Positions 56,237 through 64,000 of a stretch of DNA of 64,000 nucleotides are shown here, one piece after another. This DNA is from an uncultured Spirochaetales bacterium (GTDB lineage: Bacteria > Spirochaetota > Spirochaetia > SZUA-6 > CAVTHK01): contig CAZKGO010000001.1 in assembly GCA_964552235.1 (NCBI GenBank), positions 42,849-106,848 on the forward strand, in the 5' to 3' direction. Position numbers and translations under genes: made by a program. The stretch's first letter is position 1. Each line of letters opens with the position of its first letter. The notes under the pieces were generated by a model. That model was not told where the DNA came from, searched no databases, and saw nothing but the letters and a program-made list of their open reading frames with translations.

Positions 56237-57571
56237 ATGGAAGATGCCGCCGGAGGCCGCGCGCCCACACGCCGGGGCGGGCGGCGCTCGATGCGCGCCG
56301 TCGCGTGCCTGCTGGCGGGGCTCTCACTGGCCCGGGGCTCCGCCCAATCGCTGGAGCCTTCGGCCTGCGCCGCCCGCCTTGTCCGGCAGGCTGAGCCGCT
56401 TCCCGTCGACGCCCTGATCGAGGCCTCGCTCGTGCTGTCCGGCGCCTCAGGCGAGGGCCTGGCAGCCTCACGCGCGCGGCTGGACGAGCTGGCGGCAGCT
56501 GCACGGGCGCTGGCGGCGACCGAGCGAGACCCGCGGCCCCTCGGCAACGCGGTGCTCGCCCTGCTGCACGAGCGGGCCCTCAGGACCTACGACGAGGAAC
56601 AGACGCGAGTAGACGTGCTGCTGGCCGGCGGCCGCTACAACTGCGTCTCTTCGGCGGTCCTCTACATGATCCTGGCCCGGGCCGCGGGCCTGTCGGTGGC
56701 GGGCGTGAGGACTCACGATCACGCGTTCTGCGCCGTGCGGGCCGAGGACGGGCTGATCGACGTGGAGACGACCAGCGTCCACGGGTTCGATCCCGGCCGC
56801 AAGCGCCAGTTCCAGGATCAGTTCGGGCGCGTCACCGGCTTCACGTACGTTCCCGCCAATCGCGACCCGTCCCGCGTCGAGATCGACGAGCGCGGCCTGC
56901 TGTCGCTGATCCCGCAGAACCTGGCGTCGGTGGCGACGCGCCGGCGGCAGTTCGCCGCGGCTGTGGCGCCGGCCGTCGACGGCCACGTGCTCGGCCGGGA
57001 CGGGGAGTCGAGGCGCAAGCTCCTGATCACGGTGGCGAACGCCGCGACGTCGCTGGCGGTCGGCGGAAGCGTCGAGGAGGCGCTCGCGCTGCTGAAGCAG
57101 GGCTCGGCGCTCTACGGCCCCGACGAAAGGCTCGTACGGTTGCGCCGCGACCTTGTGCACAACGAGGTCGCTGAGCTGATGCGGGGCGGGCAGATCGAAC
57201 AAGCGATGCAGACCGCCGACCGGAGGCGCTCCAGCGGTGAGATCGACGAGGCGGGGTGGCGCGACCTGGCTGTCAGCGCGGAACAGCTGCGGGCCCAGGC
57301 GGCGGCCCGCGAGCAGGGCCCGCTGGCGGGGCTGCGCCTGGTCGAGGAGGCGATCGGCAGGCTGGGCCGCGATCCGCGCCTGCTCGACGCCGAGCGGGTG
57401 TACCGCAACAACTTTGAGGTCGAGGCGCACAACGCCATGGCCGCGGCGTTCAACGCCGGCCGCTACGCCGAGGCTCGTGCGATCATCGAGCGGGCGCTGG
57501 AGCAGCTTCCAGCCAGCGCGCGGTTGCGCGGCGATCTGGCGAGGGTGGCGCGCGAGATGGAAAGACGTTGA
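56237..57571 (+). CDS. Secreted transglutaminase-like cysteine-protease-fold protein with a helical/TPR-like C-terminus
   Basis: The signal is MRAVACLLAGLSLARGSAQS after a short N-terminal extension. The Cys-His-Asp arrangement reads GGRYNCVSSAVLY...HDHAFCAV...LIDVETT. Confidence 0.6.
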   Translation: MEDAAGGRAPTRRGGRRSMRAVACLLAGLSLARGSAQSLEPSACAARLVRQAEPLPVDALIEASLVLSGASGEGLAASRARLDELAAAARALAATERDPRPLGNAVLALLHERALRTYDEEQTRVDVLLAGGRYNCVSSAVLYMILARAAGLSVAGVRTHDHAFCAVRAEDGLIDVETTSVHGFDPGRKRQFQDQFGRVTGFTYVPANRDPSRVEIDERGLLSLIPQNLASVATRRRQFAAAVAPAVDGHVLGRDGESRRKLLITVANAATSLAVGGSVEEALALLKQGSALYGPDERLVRLRRDLVHNEVAELMRGGQIEQAMQTADRRRSSGEIDEAGWRDLAVSAEQLRAQAAAREQGPLAGLRLVEEAIGRLGRDPRLLDAERVYRNNFEVEAHNAMAAAFNAGRYAEARAIIERALEQLPASARLRGDLARVAREMERR

Positions 57572-57580
57572 GGAGGGGCC

Positions 57581-59347
57581 ATGGATAGGACCGAGCTGGT
57601 GAGCAAGGCGCAGGCCTACGTTGCTGCGGAAACGCATCCGGTGTTCCGGGCGGAGGTCCAGGATCTGCTCGCCAGGCAGGACTGGCAAGCCCTCTCGGAG
57701 CGCTTCTACTCAAACCTGGCGTTCGGCACCGGCGGGATGCGCGGCGTCATCGGCGGCGGCGCCAACCGGATGAACCCGCTGAACGTGCGGCGCATCACGC
57801 AGGGACTGGCCAGCTACGTGGTCAAGGCGAAGAACGGCGCGCCTGCCTCGGCGGTGATCGCCCACGACTGCCGGCGCTACTCCGACCTGTTCGCGCGCGA
57901 AGCCGCCCTGGTGTTCGCGGGCAACGGCATACGGGCGTACGTCTTTTCGGGACTGAGGCCGACTCCCGAGCTCTCGTTCGCCGTCAGAAAGCTGGGCGCC
58001 ACGGCCGGGGTCGTCGTGACGGCGAGCCACAACCCGCCGCAGTACAACGGCTACAAGGTCTACTGGGAAGACGGTGCGCAGGTCGTGGCGCCGCATGACG
58101 CGGCCATCGTGGCCGAGGTCGAGGCTGTCAAGGACGTGCATGTCATCGACGAGGCCGAGGCGAGGAAACGGGGCCTGTTGGCGGTGGCCGACGCCCAGGT
58201 CGACGAGGCGTTCCTGGACGCCGTCAAGGCGCAGGTGCTGCGCCCGCAGCTTGTGCGCAGGCTCGGCCGCGATCTGCGCGTGGTCTACACCCCGCTGCAC
58301 GGCGCCGGGGCGGTGCCCGTCACGCGCGCGCTGCACGACCTCGGCGTCGAGGTCACGGTCGTGCCCGAGCAGCGCGAGCCGGACGGCAACTTCCCGACGG
58401 TCGAATCCCCGAATCCCGAGGAGGCTTCGGCGCTGGCGCTGGCCCTGGCCCTGGGCAGGCAGACGGGGGCCGACCTGGTGATGGGAACCGATCCCGACTC
58501 CGACCGGCTCGGAATCGCGGCCCGCAGGGGCGAGGATTTCGTTCTGGTCACAGGGAACCAGCTGGGGGCTCTTCTCCTGGACTACATCCTCGCCACCCGC
58601 GCCGAGCTCGGGACCATGCCGCCGCGGCCTGTGGTCATCAAGACGATCGTGACCACGGAGCTGCACCGCCGCATCGCCGAGGCGCACGGCGCCCGCTGCA
58701 TCGACACGCTGACCGGCTTCAAGTACATGGGGGAGAAGATCCGCCAGTTCGAGTCGCAGCCCGACGGGCCGAGCTACGTGTTCGGGTCCGAGGAGAGTTA
58801 CGGCTACCTCATCGGCACCCACTCGCGGGACAAGGACGCGGTGACGGCGGCCGTCGTGACCGTCGAGATGGCGCTGTATCACAAGAGCCGGGGCCTGAGC
58901 GTGGTCGACGCCCTCGACGCGATCTACCTCAAGTACGGCTACTTCGAGGAGATCGGCATTTCGCAGGGCTTTCCCGGGCAGGAGGGCATGCGCACCATGG
59001 CCCGGCTGATGGATCGGATGCGGCGCGAGCCTCCGCTGGAGTGGGCGGGCGAACCGGTCGTCGAGTGGCGCGACTACGCGGACGGCACCACCGTGCGGGG
59101 GGCAGTCGGCGAGCCGGGACGAAAGGACATCGAGCTGCCGCCGTCGAACGTCCTGCAGTGGGTGACGGATCGAGGATCCTTCGTCACGGCGCGCCCGTCC
59201 GGAACCGAGCCGAAGATCAAGTTCTACGCCTCGTTCTGCACCGAGGCGGGCGTGAGCCTGGCCGTGGCCCGGGCCGAGGTGAGCGCCAGGCTGGCCCGGG
59301 TGCGGCAGCAGATCGAGCGGCTTCTTGACACCGCAAAACGCGCCTGA
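57581..59347 (+). CDS. pgm: Phosphoglucomutase/phosphomannomutase family protein
   Basis: The active-site loop TASHNPPQYNGYKVY and the Mg site GTDPDSDR are present, at 588 aa. ATG follows GAGGAGG. Confidence 0.9.
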   Translation: MDRTELVSKAQAYVAAETHPVFRAEVQDLLARQDWQALSERFYSNLAFGTGGMRGVIGGGANRMNPLNVRRITQGLASYVVKAKNGAPASAVIAHDCRRYSDLFAREAALVFAGNGIRAYVFSGLRPTPELSFAVRKLGATAGVVVTASHNPPQYNGYKVYWEDGAQVVAPHDAAIVAEVEAVKDVHVIDEAEARKRGLLAVADAQVDEAFLDAVKAQVLRPQLVRRLGRDLRVVYTPLHGAGAVPVTRALHDLGVEVTVVPEQREPDGNFPTVESPNPEEASALALALALGRQTGADLVMGTDPDSDRLGIAARRGEDFVLVTGNQLGALLLDYILATRAELGTMPPRPVVIKTIVTTELHRRIAEAHGARCIDTLTGFKYMGEKIRQFESQPDGPSYVFGSEESYGYLIGTHSRDKDAVTAAVVTVEMALYHKSRGLSVVDALDAIYLKYGYFEEIGISQGFPGQEGMRTMARLMDRMRREPPLEWAGEPVVEWRDYADGTTVRGAVGEPGRKDIELPPSNVLQWVTDRGSFVTARPSGTEPKIKFYASFCTEAGVSLAVARAEVSARLARVRQQIERLLDTAKRA

Positions 59348-59354
59348 TTATCCT
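59325..59354 (+). promoter_or_regulatory. sigma70-type promoter inside the pgm 3' end, near-leaderless
   Basis: TTGACA (59325-59330), an 18-nt spacer, TATCCT (59349-59354), 9 nt, then ATG (59364). The ORF track's TTG start at 59325 is the -35 box. Confidence 0.45.
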
Positions 59355-59363
59355 AGAACGAGG

Positions 59364-60149
59364 ATGGGCGCGGGCGAGCGAGCCTACATCTTTCACCTCT
59401 ACCGCAAGGAGGGGGAGTCAATCGTCCTGCATCCGTTCGACACGGGCGAGCGGCTCCTGAGCCAGATCGAGACCGGCGCCGTTGCGGGTCGCTACGGGGA
59501 GGAGCCGAGAGTCGAGGCTCTCACGGCCCTGAGGGCCGAGCTCTATCGCCTCGCCGACCAGGGCGTGCAGCAGTGGATCTCGAACCTGCGGTTCGTCCCC
59601 AGATTCCTGGCTGCAGCCGGCGTCTTTCTGCTCGCCTACTTCTTTTTCTCGTTCGTCGTTCGCGACCCTCTGCCCGTGCTCGACGAGGTGGCCCTAGGCG
59701 TGGGGGCCGCCGTGATCGTCTACAGCCTGATCAGGCGCGCCGACGCCGGCTCGGAGCGGGCGCGCGCCAAGCGGGCCGAGGTGCGGGCCGCCGTGGACCG
59801 GATCACGTTCGTCGAGAGCGCGTTCGTCCGCTCCGTCGAGCAGGCGCTCGTCGAGAGCGAGGCGGGATCGCTCGTGGGGTGGGTCGAGCGGATGGCCGGC
59901 TCGGCCGGCTGGGCGGCGATCGGCGCCGAGAACGCCGAAGAGGCGCGCAGTTTCGTGGCCACTGTGGAGTCCCGCTACCGGCTTCGGGGAGGCCGGCGAG
60001 AAGAGCGCTCGCTGCGCCGGCTGCTGAGCCGGCGGGATGCATCGAGGGAGCGGCTCGACCGGTGGGCCCGGGCGCGCAAGATCGACGTTCCGCTGTACGC
60101 GGTCTACCACAGGATCAAGCGCAGCGTCGTGGCGGGAAGCGCGGTTTAG
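59364..60149 (+). CDS. Hypothetical membrane protein (two central TM helices)
   Basis: The ORF has coding-like composition and TM helices FLAAAGVFLLAYFFFSFVV and VALGVGAAVIVYSLI. No family recognised. Confidence 0.5.
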   Translation: MGAGERAYIFHLYRKEGESIVLHPFDTGERLLSQIETGAVAGRYGEEPRVEALTALRAELYRLADQGVQQWISNLRFVPRFLAAAGVFLLAYFFFSFVVRDPLPVLDEVALGVGAAVIVYSLIRRADAGSERARAKRAEVRAAVDRITFVESAFVRSVEQALVESEAGSLVGWVERMAGSAGWAAIGAENAEEARSFVATVESRYRLRGGRREERSLRRLLSRRDASRERLDRWARARKIDVPLYAVYHRIKRSVVAGSAV

Positions 60150-60163
60150 AGGCGCCGGCCGGC

Positions 60164-61423
60164 TCAGTCGGACCGCTGGCGCTCGGTCATCTGTCTCTGC
60201 AGCTCCAGGCGCTTGCGGGCCGTGTCGATCGAGTCGAGGGCCGGCCGGAATTGAGGGTCGATGTCGAGCGCGGCCTGCCAGTCGGAGATCGCGCGCTCGA
60301 AATCTCCCCTCGCGAACGCCTCCAGGCCGTTGGCGTACAGCTCGTCGACCTGTCTGCGCAGTGCCGCCCGGCCACTGTCGCCCAGGTTGAGCTTGGCCTC
60401 GAGGCTGAACTTGTCGACCGGGTTCACGCTGCCGCTGAGGTCGAGATTGTAGTTGGCGGTGAACGTCACCTTTTCCAGGTCGAGGGTGGTTCCCATGGTG
60501 ATCTGGGGGTTTTCCTTTACGCGGAAGCCGCCCTGCAGAGAGAGGAACGGCGTGACGTTCAGGTCGAAGCCGCTGGCCACGTACCATCGCTGGGCGGGCG
60601 TGCCGGAGTCGAGCGTGAAGGGGAGGTTGAAATCAGCCGTCACGGTGATGGGCCGCAGCGGAGAGTAGCCGATGCCGGCGGTGAGGAGGCTCGGCAGAGG
60701 CTCGCCGAGGGCGGGAAATCCGATGTTCTTGACGACCGCGCCTACGGAAAAGTTCTTGCTGCGGGAGTAGTGGAACTTCAGCAGGTTGAACCGCGACAGG
60801 GCTCCCACGTCGATCATGGCGGTGAACGCGGACTGCCCGGGTTGGATCACTGCGGGGATGTGCCTGTAGGCTGCCTTGAGGTTGCCCCCGACGGCAAGCC
60901 CGTAGAAGTCGTAGCTCGAGAACAGGTTGTAGGAAACATTGGCGGTCGCCACGGTCTCGGACACGATCCCGGCGGCTTCGCGCTGGGCCCAGTCGCCGTA
61001 CTCGGTAAAGGGCAGGTAGAGGAACTTGCCTCCGAACCCGATTCCGAGGTCGTTCAGACGGAAGGTGTAGATCACCCCCTCGATGCGCGAATCGGCGATC
61101 CAGTTGTGGTGGAGAAAGGACAGTTCGCTGTGCGCGAGAACCGCGCTGCCCGCCGGGTTGGCCTCGAGGAATCCCGAGTCCCAGGCGAGCGCCGTGTAGG
61201 CGGTGCCCATGCCCTCGTAGCGGCCCCCGGCCGGGACCAGGAGCGTCGGAAAGACGGTGAGGCCGGTGTTGGGGTCCTCCAGCCCGCCGAACAGCTTGCC
61301 GACGGCGGAGTAGAAGTCCGCGAAGTCCGCCCGAGCCCTCGGAATGGGGCAGGACAGCAACAGTGCCAGGAGTACCGCCGTCAGTGCGGCCGTCGACCGC
61401 GCACGGGCCCTTCCCATAATCAT
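60164..61423 (-). CDS. Putative outer-membrane beta-barrel protein, 'NPAG' family (paralogue C), fused to a C-terminal TPR-like tail
   Basis: Signal peptide (STAALTAVLLALLLSC) and GMGTAYTALAWDSGFLEANPAGSAVL are present. A beta-rich body is followed by the tail LYANGLEAFARGDFERAISDWQAALDIDPQF. The start is ATG at 61423 or 61417. Confidence 0.6.
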   Translation of the reverse strand: MIMGRARARSTAALTAVLLALLLSCPIPRARADFADFYSAVGKLFGGLEDPNTGLTVFPTLLVPAGGRYEGMGTAYTALAWDSGFLEANPAGSAVLAHSELSFLHHNWIADSRIEGVIYTFRLNDLGIGFGGKFLYLPFTEYGDWAQREAAGIVSETVATANVSYNLFSSYDFYGLAVGGNLKAAYRHIPAVIQPGQSAFTAMIDVGALSRFNLLKFHYSRSKNFSVGAVVKNIGFPALGEPLPSLLTAGIGYSPLRPITVTADFNLPFTLDSGTPAQRWYVASGFDLNVTPFLSLQGGFRVKENPQITMGTTLDLEKVTFTANYNLDLSGSVNPVDKFSLEAKLNLGDSGRAALRRQVDELYANGLEAFARGDFERAISDWQAALDIDPQFRPALDSIDTARKRLELQRQMTERQRSD

Positions 61424-61427
61424 CCTC

Positions 61428-61456
61428 AGTATACCGCTTCGGGACAAGGACTTCAA
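61428..61456 (-). promoter_or_regulatory. sigma70-type promoter, leaderless configuration (barrel paralogue C)
   Basis: On the minus strand: TTGAAG (61456-61451), a 17-nt spacer, TATACT (61433-61428), GAGG, then ATGATTATG. Confidence 0.55.
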
Positions 61457-61485
61457 AAACAGTGTCGGCTGCCTCTGCGGCCGCG

Positions 61486-64000
61486 ATGAGCGGCCGTCGC
61501 AGTCCAATCGCGCGTGGTTTTACCGATAATAATGATAGACTCGTCTGTTGGAGTCGCACACTGGAACGTCGACGCCTCCTCGCATATCTCGTCATCGCGT
61601 TCCTCGCGGCGTCGACGTGCCTCTATGCGCGCGGGCGGCCGGAAGACGCCCTGGCGCGCGCAGAACAGCTGATCAGTCTCAAGGAGTACGAGCAGGCGAT
61701 CGGCGTTCTCGCCGAGATCATCCGTAAGGACTCGGAGCTCTTCGACGCCGCACAGCTGCTGTTCGAGCGCATCCGCGCGGTCCAGGACAACTTCAACACG
61801 CTCTTCGAGCAGCTGGTCAAGGTCCTCTACGACGAGCGGGACTTCGAGAAGGCCCTGTCGATCATCGCCGAGCTCGAGGCGCTCGATCCCCATCCCAACC
61901 AGGCCATGCGCGACGCCATCGAGAAGGCCAGGCTCATCGCGCTGGGCAAGGACGACCGCGGCCGCTGCGACGCGCTGATGGAGCAGGCTCTCACGCGCAT
62001 GAGGGTGGAGGACTTCGCCGGCGCGCTCGAGATCTACGTGAGCTCGTTCGCGGCCAACCGGGACCAGTTCGACGCGGCGCCGCTGGGCAGCGTGAACAAG
62101 GACGCGGTCAAGGCGGCGCTGGCTTCGGTGAGCAGCTCGGCCCCGGCCGCCCTCGAGGACGCTGCAGCGGTGGCGGGGGACAGAGAGGCGCTGGCCGCAG
62201 CAGCCGGCCGGGGCGGGCAGGAGCTGCAGCGCCTGCTGGACGTGCAGCGAGACCGGCTCGCGCGCCTGGCCGGCGCCATCGCCGCAGCAGACGCGGCGGC
62301 GCGCACCCTCTCGCTCTCGCGGCAGGGTTTCCCCTCGGGATTCGACACGGCCGAGTCGTTCCTGATCTGCGCCGGCAGGGCGATCGCGGGGCGCCCCGGA
62401 CGCCAGGAGGAGGAAGGCATCCTTCGCATCGAGACGCTGGCCCTCGAGCGCAGCGGCTCCTCGGTTCTGGCGGCGCTCCGGCAGGCCGTGGACAGCGCCT
62501 GGCCGCCGGCCATGGCCAGCTTCCAGGCCGGCGACTGGGCGGCGGCGCGCGAGGCCCTGGTGCGGCTGGAGCCGCTCTCGCGCACCCTCGTCGAGATCTC
62601 GTACCTGGCCGAGGCCAGGAGGAGCCTCGATGCGGGATACGACCCCGGAAAGGCCGAGGGTCTGCTCCTGACGCCGCAGCTGCCGGGATTCCTCGAGGCC
62701 CAGCACCTGTACCGCGAGCGGGGCGCCTACGCAGCGCTCGCCGCCGCCCGGCTGAACGCCGCGACGGCCCGCACGGCTGCGGGGTGGGAGCCCGCGCGGC
62801 TGGTGGCGCCGATCTCGGCGGTCGAATCCCTGGCCTCCGATTGGAGCCGCTACGCCGCGGATCTGCGCGCCGCCTCGACGACGCTCGCCGGCCGCAGCGC
62901 CGGGGTCCTGGAGGCGGCAGCCGGCGCTCTGCGGGAGTGGCGCGAGGGCGCCTATGCGGCCCTGGACGCGCCGATCGCGGAGGTGGAGCGCGAGCTCGGC
63001 ATCGAGGAGCAGCTGCTGCGCGACGGAGAGCGGATCGTGCTCGCCGACGGCAGCAGCCGCACCGTCCACTACCCGGCCCGCAGGCTCGCGCAGCTGACGG
63101 CGCTGAGCACCCGCACGACGGAGATCGCCGCGGGGCTCGCGGCCGTGACGCGCAGCGGCGCCGACCCGTCGGTGTTCGGGAATGCGGCCGCGGTCGTGCA
63201 GCCCTCGCTGGAGGCCCTGCAGTCGCTGCGCGGCCGCACCGACGAGCTGCTTGCGCGGGAGCAGCGGGCCGTTGCGCTGGCCAACGAGAGGACGATCGCG
63301 GCCGACAGCTTCAAGCGCCAGGGCGACAACGAGTACCGGGCCGCCCAGGCCGCCCTTGAGCGGGCGGAGTACGCCCGGGCGCGTGAGGCTCTCGCGCAGG
63401 CGGCCGAGGCCTACGGCCGCTCGCTGGAGATGCAGGAAGACCCGGCCGTGCGCGACCTGCGCGACCGCGTCCTGCCCCTGCTGCTGGCCGAGGTGAACAG
63501 GGGCGAGAACAGCCGCGTGGTCGCCGAGGTGCGCCGCCTCATCGACAACGCCATCGCCTCCTACCGCCGGACCGAGTTCAAGCGGGCCGAAGACCTGCTC
63601 GTCAACGCCCAGGCCCGCTGGAAGGACGCCAACGCCGAGGCCAACGCCGAGGTCGAGAACTGGCTCGCCCTGGTGCGGCGGGCGCTGTCGACTCAGGAAG
63701 GCTGGGAGCTCACCGAGACCCAGCCGCTGTACCGCGAGATCGCGCAGCTGCTCAAGTTCGCCAGCGACGATTTCTCCCGCGGCGAGACGCTGGAGGCCCA
63801 GAGGCAGCCCGACCAGGCGCGCATCGCCTTTACGGCCGCCCAGGACAAGCTCGACACGATCAACCTGGCCGTGCCTCGGCTGAAAGCCGCCAACTTTCTC
63901 CGCCTCAAGATCACGCAGAAGCTCGAGCCGGCGCTCTTCAACCGGAAACTGGCTGAGATCAAGGCCCGGGCCAGGACCGCGATCGCGAGCCAGGCGGCCA
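61486..64000 (+). CDS. Very large Ala-rich alpha-helical (TPR-like) membrane-anchored/secreted protein, 3' end outside the window
   Basis: Absent from the ORF track because there is no stop in the window. I translated the frame codon by codon from 61621 to 64000 and found no stop. The N-terminus reads MSGRRS...RRRLLAYLVIAFLAASTCLYA (TM/signal), followed by helical repeats. An alternative GTG lies at 61462. Confidence 0.6.
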   Translation, partial: MSGRRSPIARGFTDNNDRLVCWSRTLERRRLLAYLVIAFLAASTCLYARGRPEDALARAEQLISLKEYEQAIGVLAEIIRKDSELFDAAQLLFERIRAVQDNFNTLFEQLVKVLYDERDFEKALSIIAELEALDPHPNQAMRDAIEKARLIALGKDDRGRCDALMEQALTRMRVEDFAGALEIYVSSFAANRDQFDAAPLGSVNKDAVKAALASVSSSAPAALEDAAAVAGDREALAAAAGRGGQELQRLLDVQRDRLARLAGAIAAADAAARTLSLSRQGFPSGFDTAESFLICAGRAIAGRPGRQEEEGILRIETLALERSGSSVLAALRQAVDSAWPPAMASFQAGDWAAAREALVRLEPLSRTLVEISYLAEARRSLDAGYDPGKAEGLLLTPQLPGFLEAQHLYRERGAYAALAAARLNAATARTAAGWEPARLVAPISAVESLASDWSRYAADLRAASTTLAGRSAGVLEAAAGALREWREGAYAALDAPIAEVERELGIEEQLLRDGERIVLADGSSRTVHYPARRLAQLTALSTRTTEIAAGLAAVTRSGADPSVFGNAAAVVQPSLEALQSLRGRTDELLAREQRAVALANERTIAADSFKRQGDNEYRAAQAALERAEYARAREALAQAAEAYGRSLEMQEDPAVRDLRDRVLPLLLAEVNRGENSRVVAEVRRLIDNAIASYRRTEFKRAEDLLVNAQARWKDANAEANAEVENWLALVRRALSTQEGWELTETQPLYREIAQLLKFASDDFSRGETLEAQRQPDQARIAFTAAQDKLDTINLAVPRLKAANFLRLKITQKLEPALFNRKLAEIKARARTAIASQAA

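Noticed and set aside
61453-63069. 538-aa minus-strand ORF
   Set aside because: It lies antisense to the unlisted large plus-strand ORF. Its product is Arg/Gly/Pro-rich, while the plus frame gives a coherent helical protein with a signal/TM start.

Overview
High-GC (roughly two-thirds G+C by eye) bacterial chromosome segment, densely packed and mostly housekeeping. I support about 55 protein-coding genes, 2 tRNAs (Leu-UAA, Lys-UUU) and 2 decayed genes (an FGGY sugar kinase and an ECF sigma factor). I also mark about 17 sigma70-type promoters and a few hairpins. I saw no rRNA, CRISPR array, transposase, integrase or recognisable defence genes. Gene content suggests a Spirochaetota-like diderm, but that is inference only: uvrA followed by a giant OstA/LptD-like protein, EF-G paralogues, bactofilin, PilZ, and FadL/PorV-like 'NPAG' barrels. 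Recognisable blocks: uvrA; phoH-pgpH-ybeY-corC; pgk-tpiA-secG; nusB; map-htrA; two tandem EF-G paralogues; dtd; lon; a translationally coupled recO-thpR-pdp-recJ-M23-rpsU chain; fadD-fabZ; rsmA; dapA-dapB-pta; tyrA; lplA; pgm. Most long ORFs in the six-frame track that lie antisense to these genes are high-GC shadow ORFs. One real ORF of more than 838 codons (61486 to the window end) is missing from the track because it has no stop in the window. Main hunt results follow. (1) Near-consensus promoters recur with the -10 hexamer only 4-9 nt before the start codon, which implies leaderless mRNAs; the ORF track's 'start' is sometimes the TTG of the -35 box. (2) An envelope gene cluster (bactofilin, TPR, NPAG barrel, hyper-acidic lipoprotein, NPAG barrel) has a third barrel paralogue fused to a TPR tail elsewhere. 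It is my best candidate for an undescribed system, but support is weak. (3) rpsU has no canonical start codon (ATC is the only option) and phoH homology extends upstream of any canonical start. (4) An ECF sigma gene is broken by a G6-tract frameshift plus an amber codon at a conserved Tyr. (5) Canonical EF-G sits beside an EF-G-II-type paralogue that lacks the catalytic His. All product calls come from motif recognition by eye, with no searches run.
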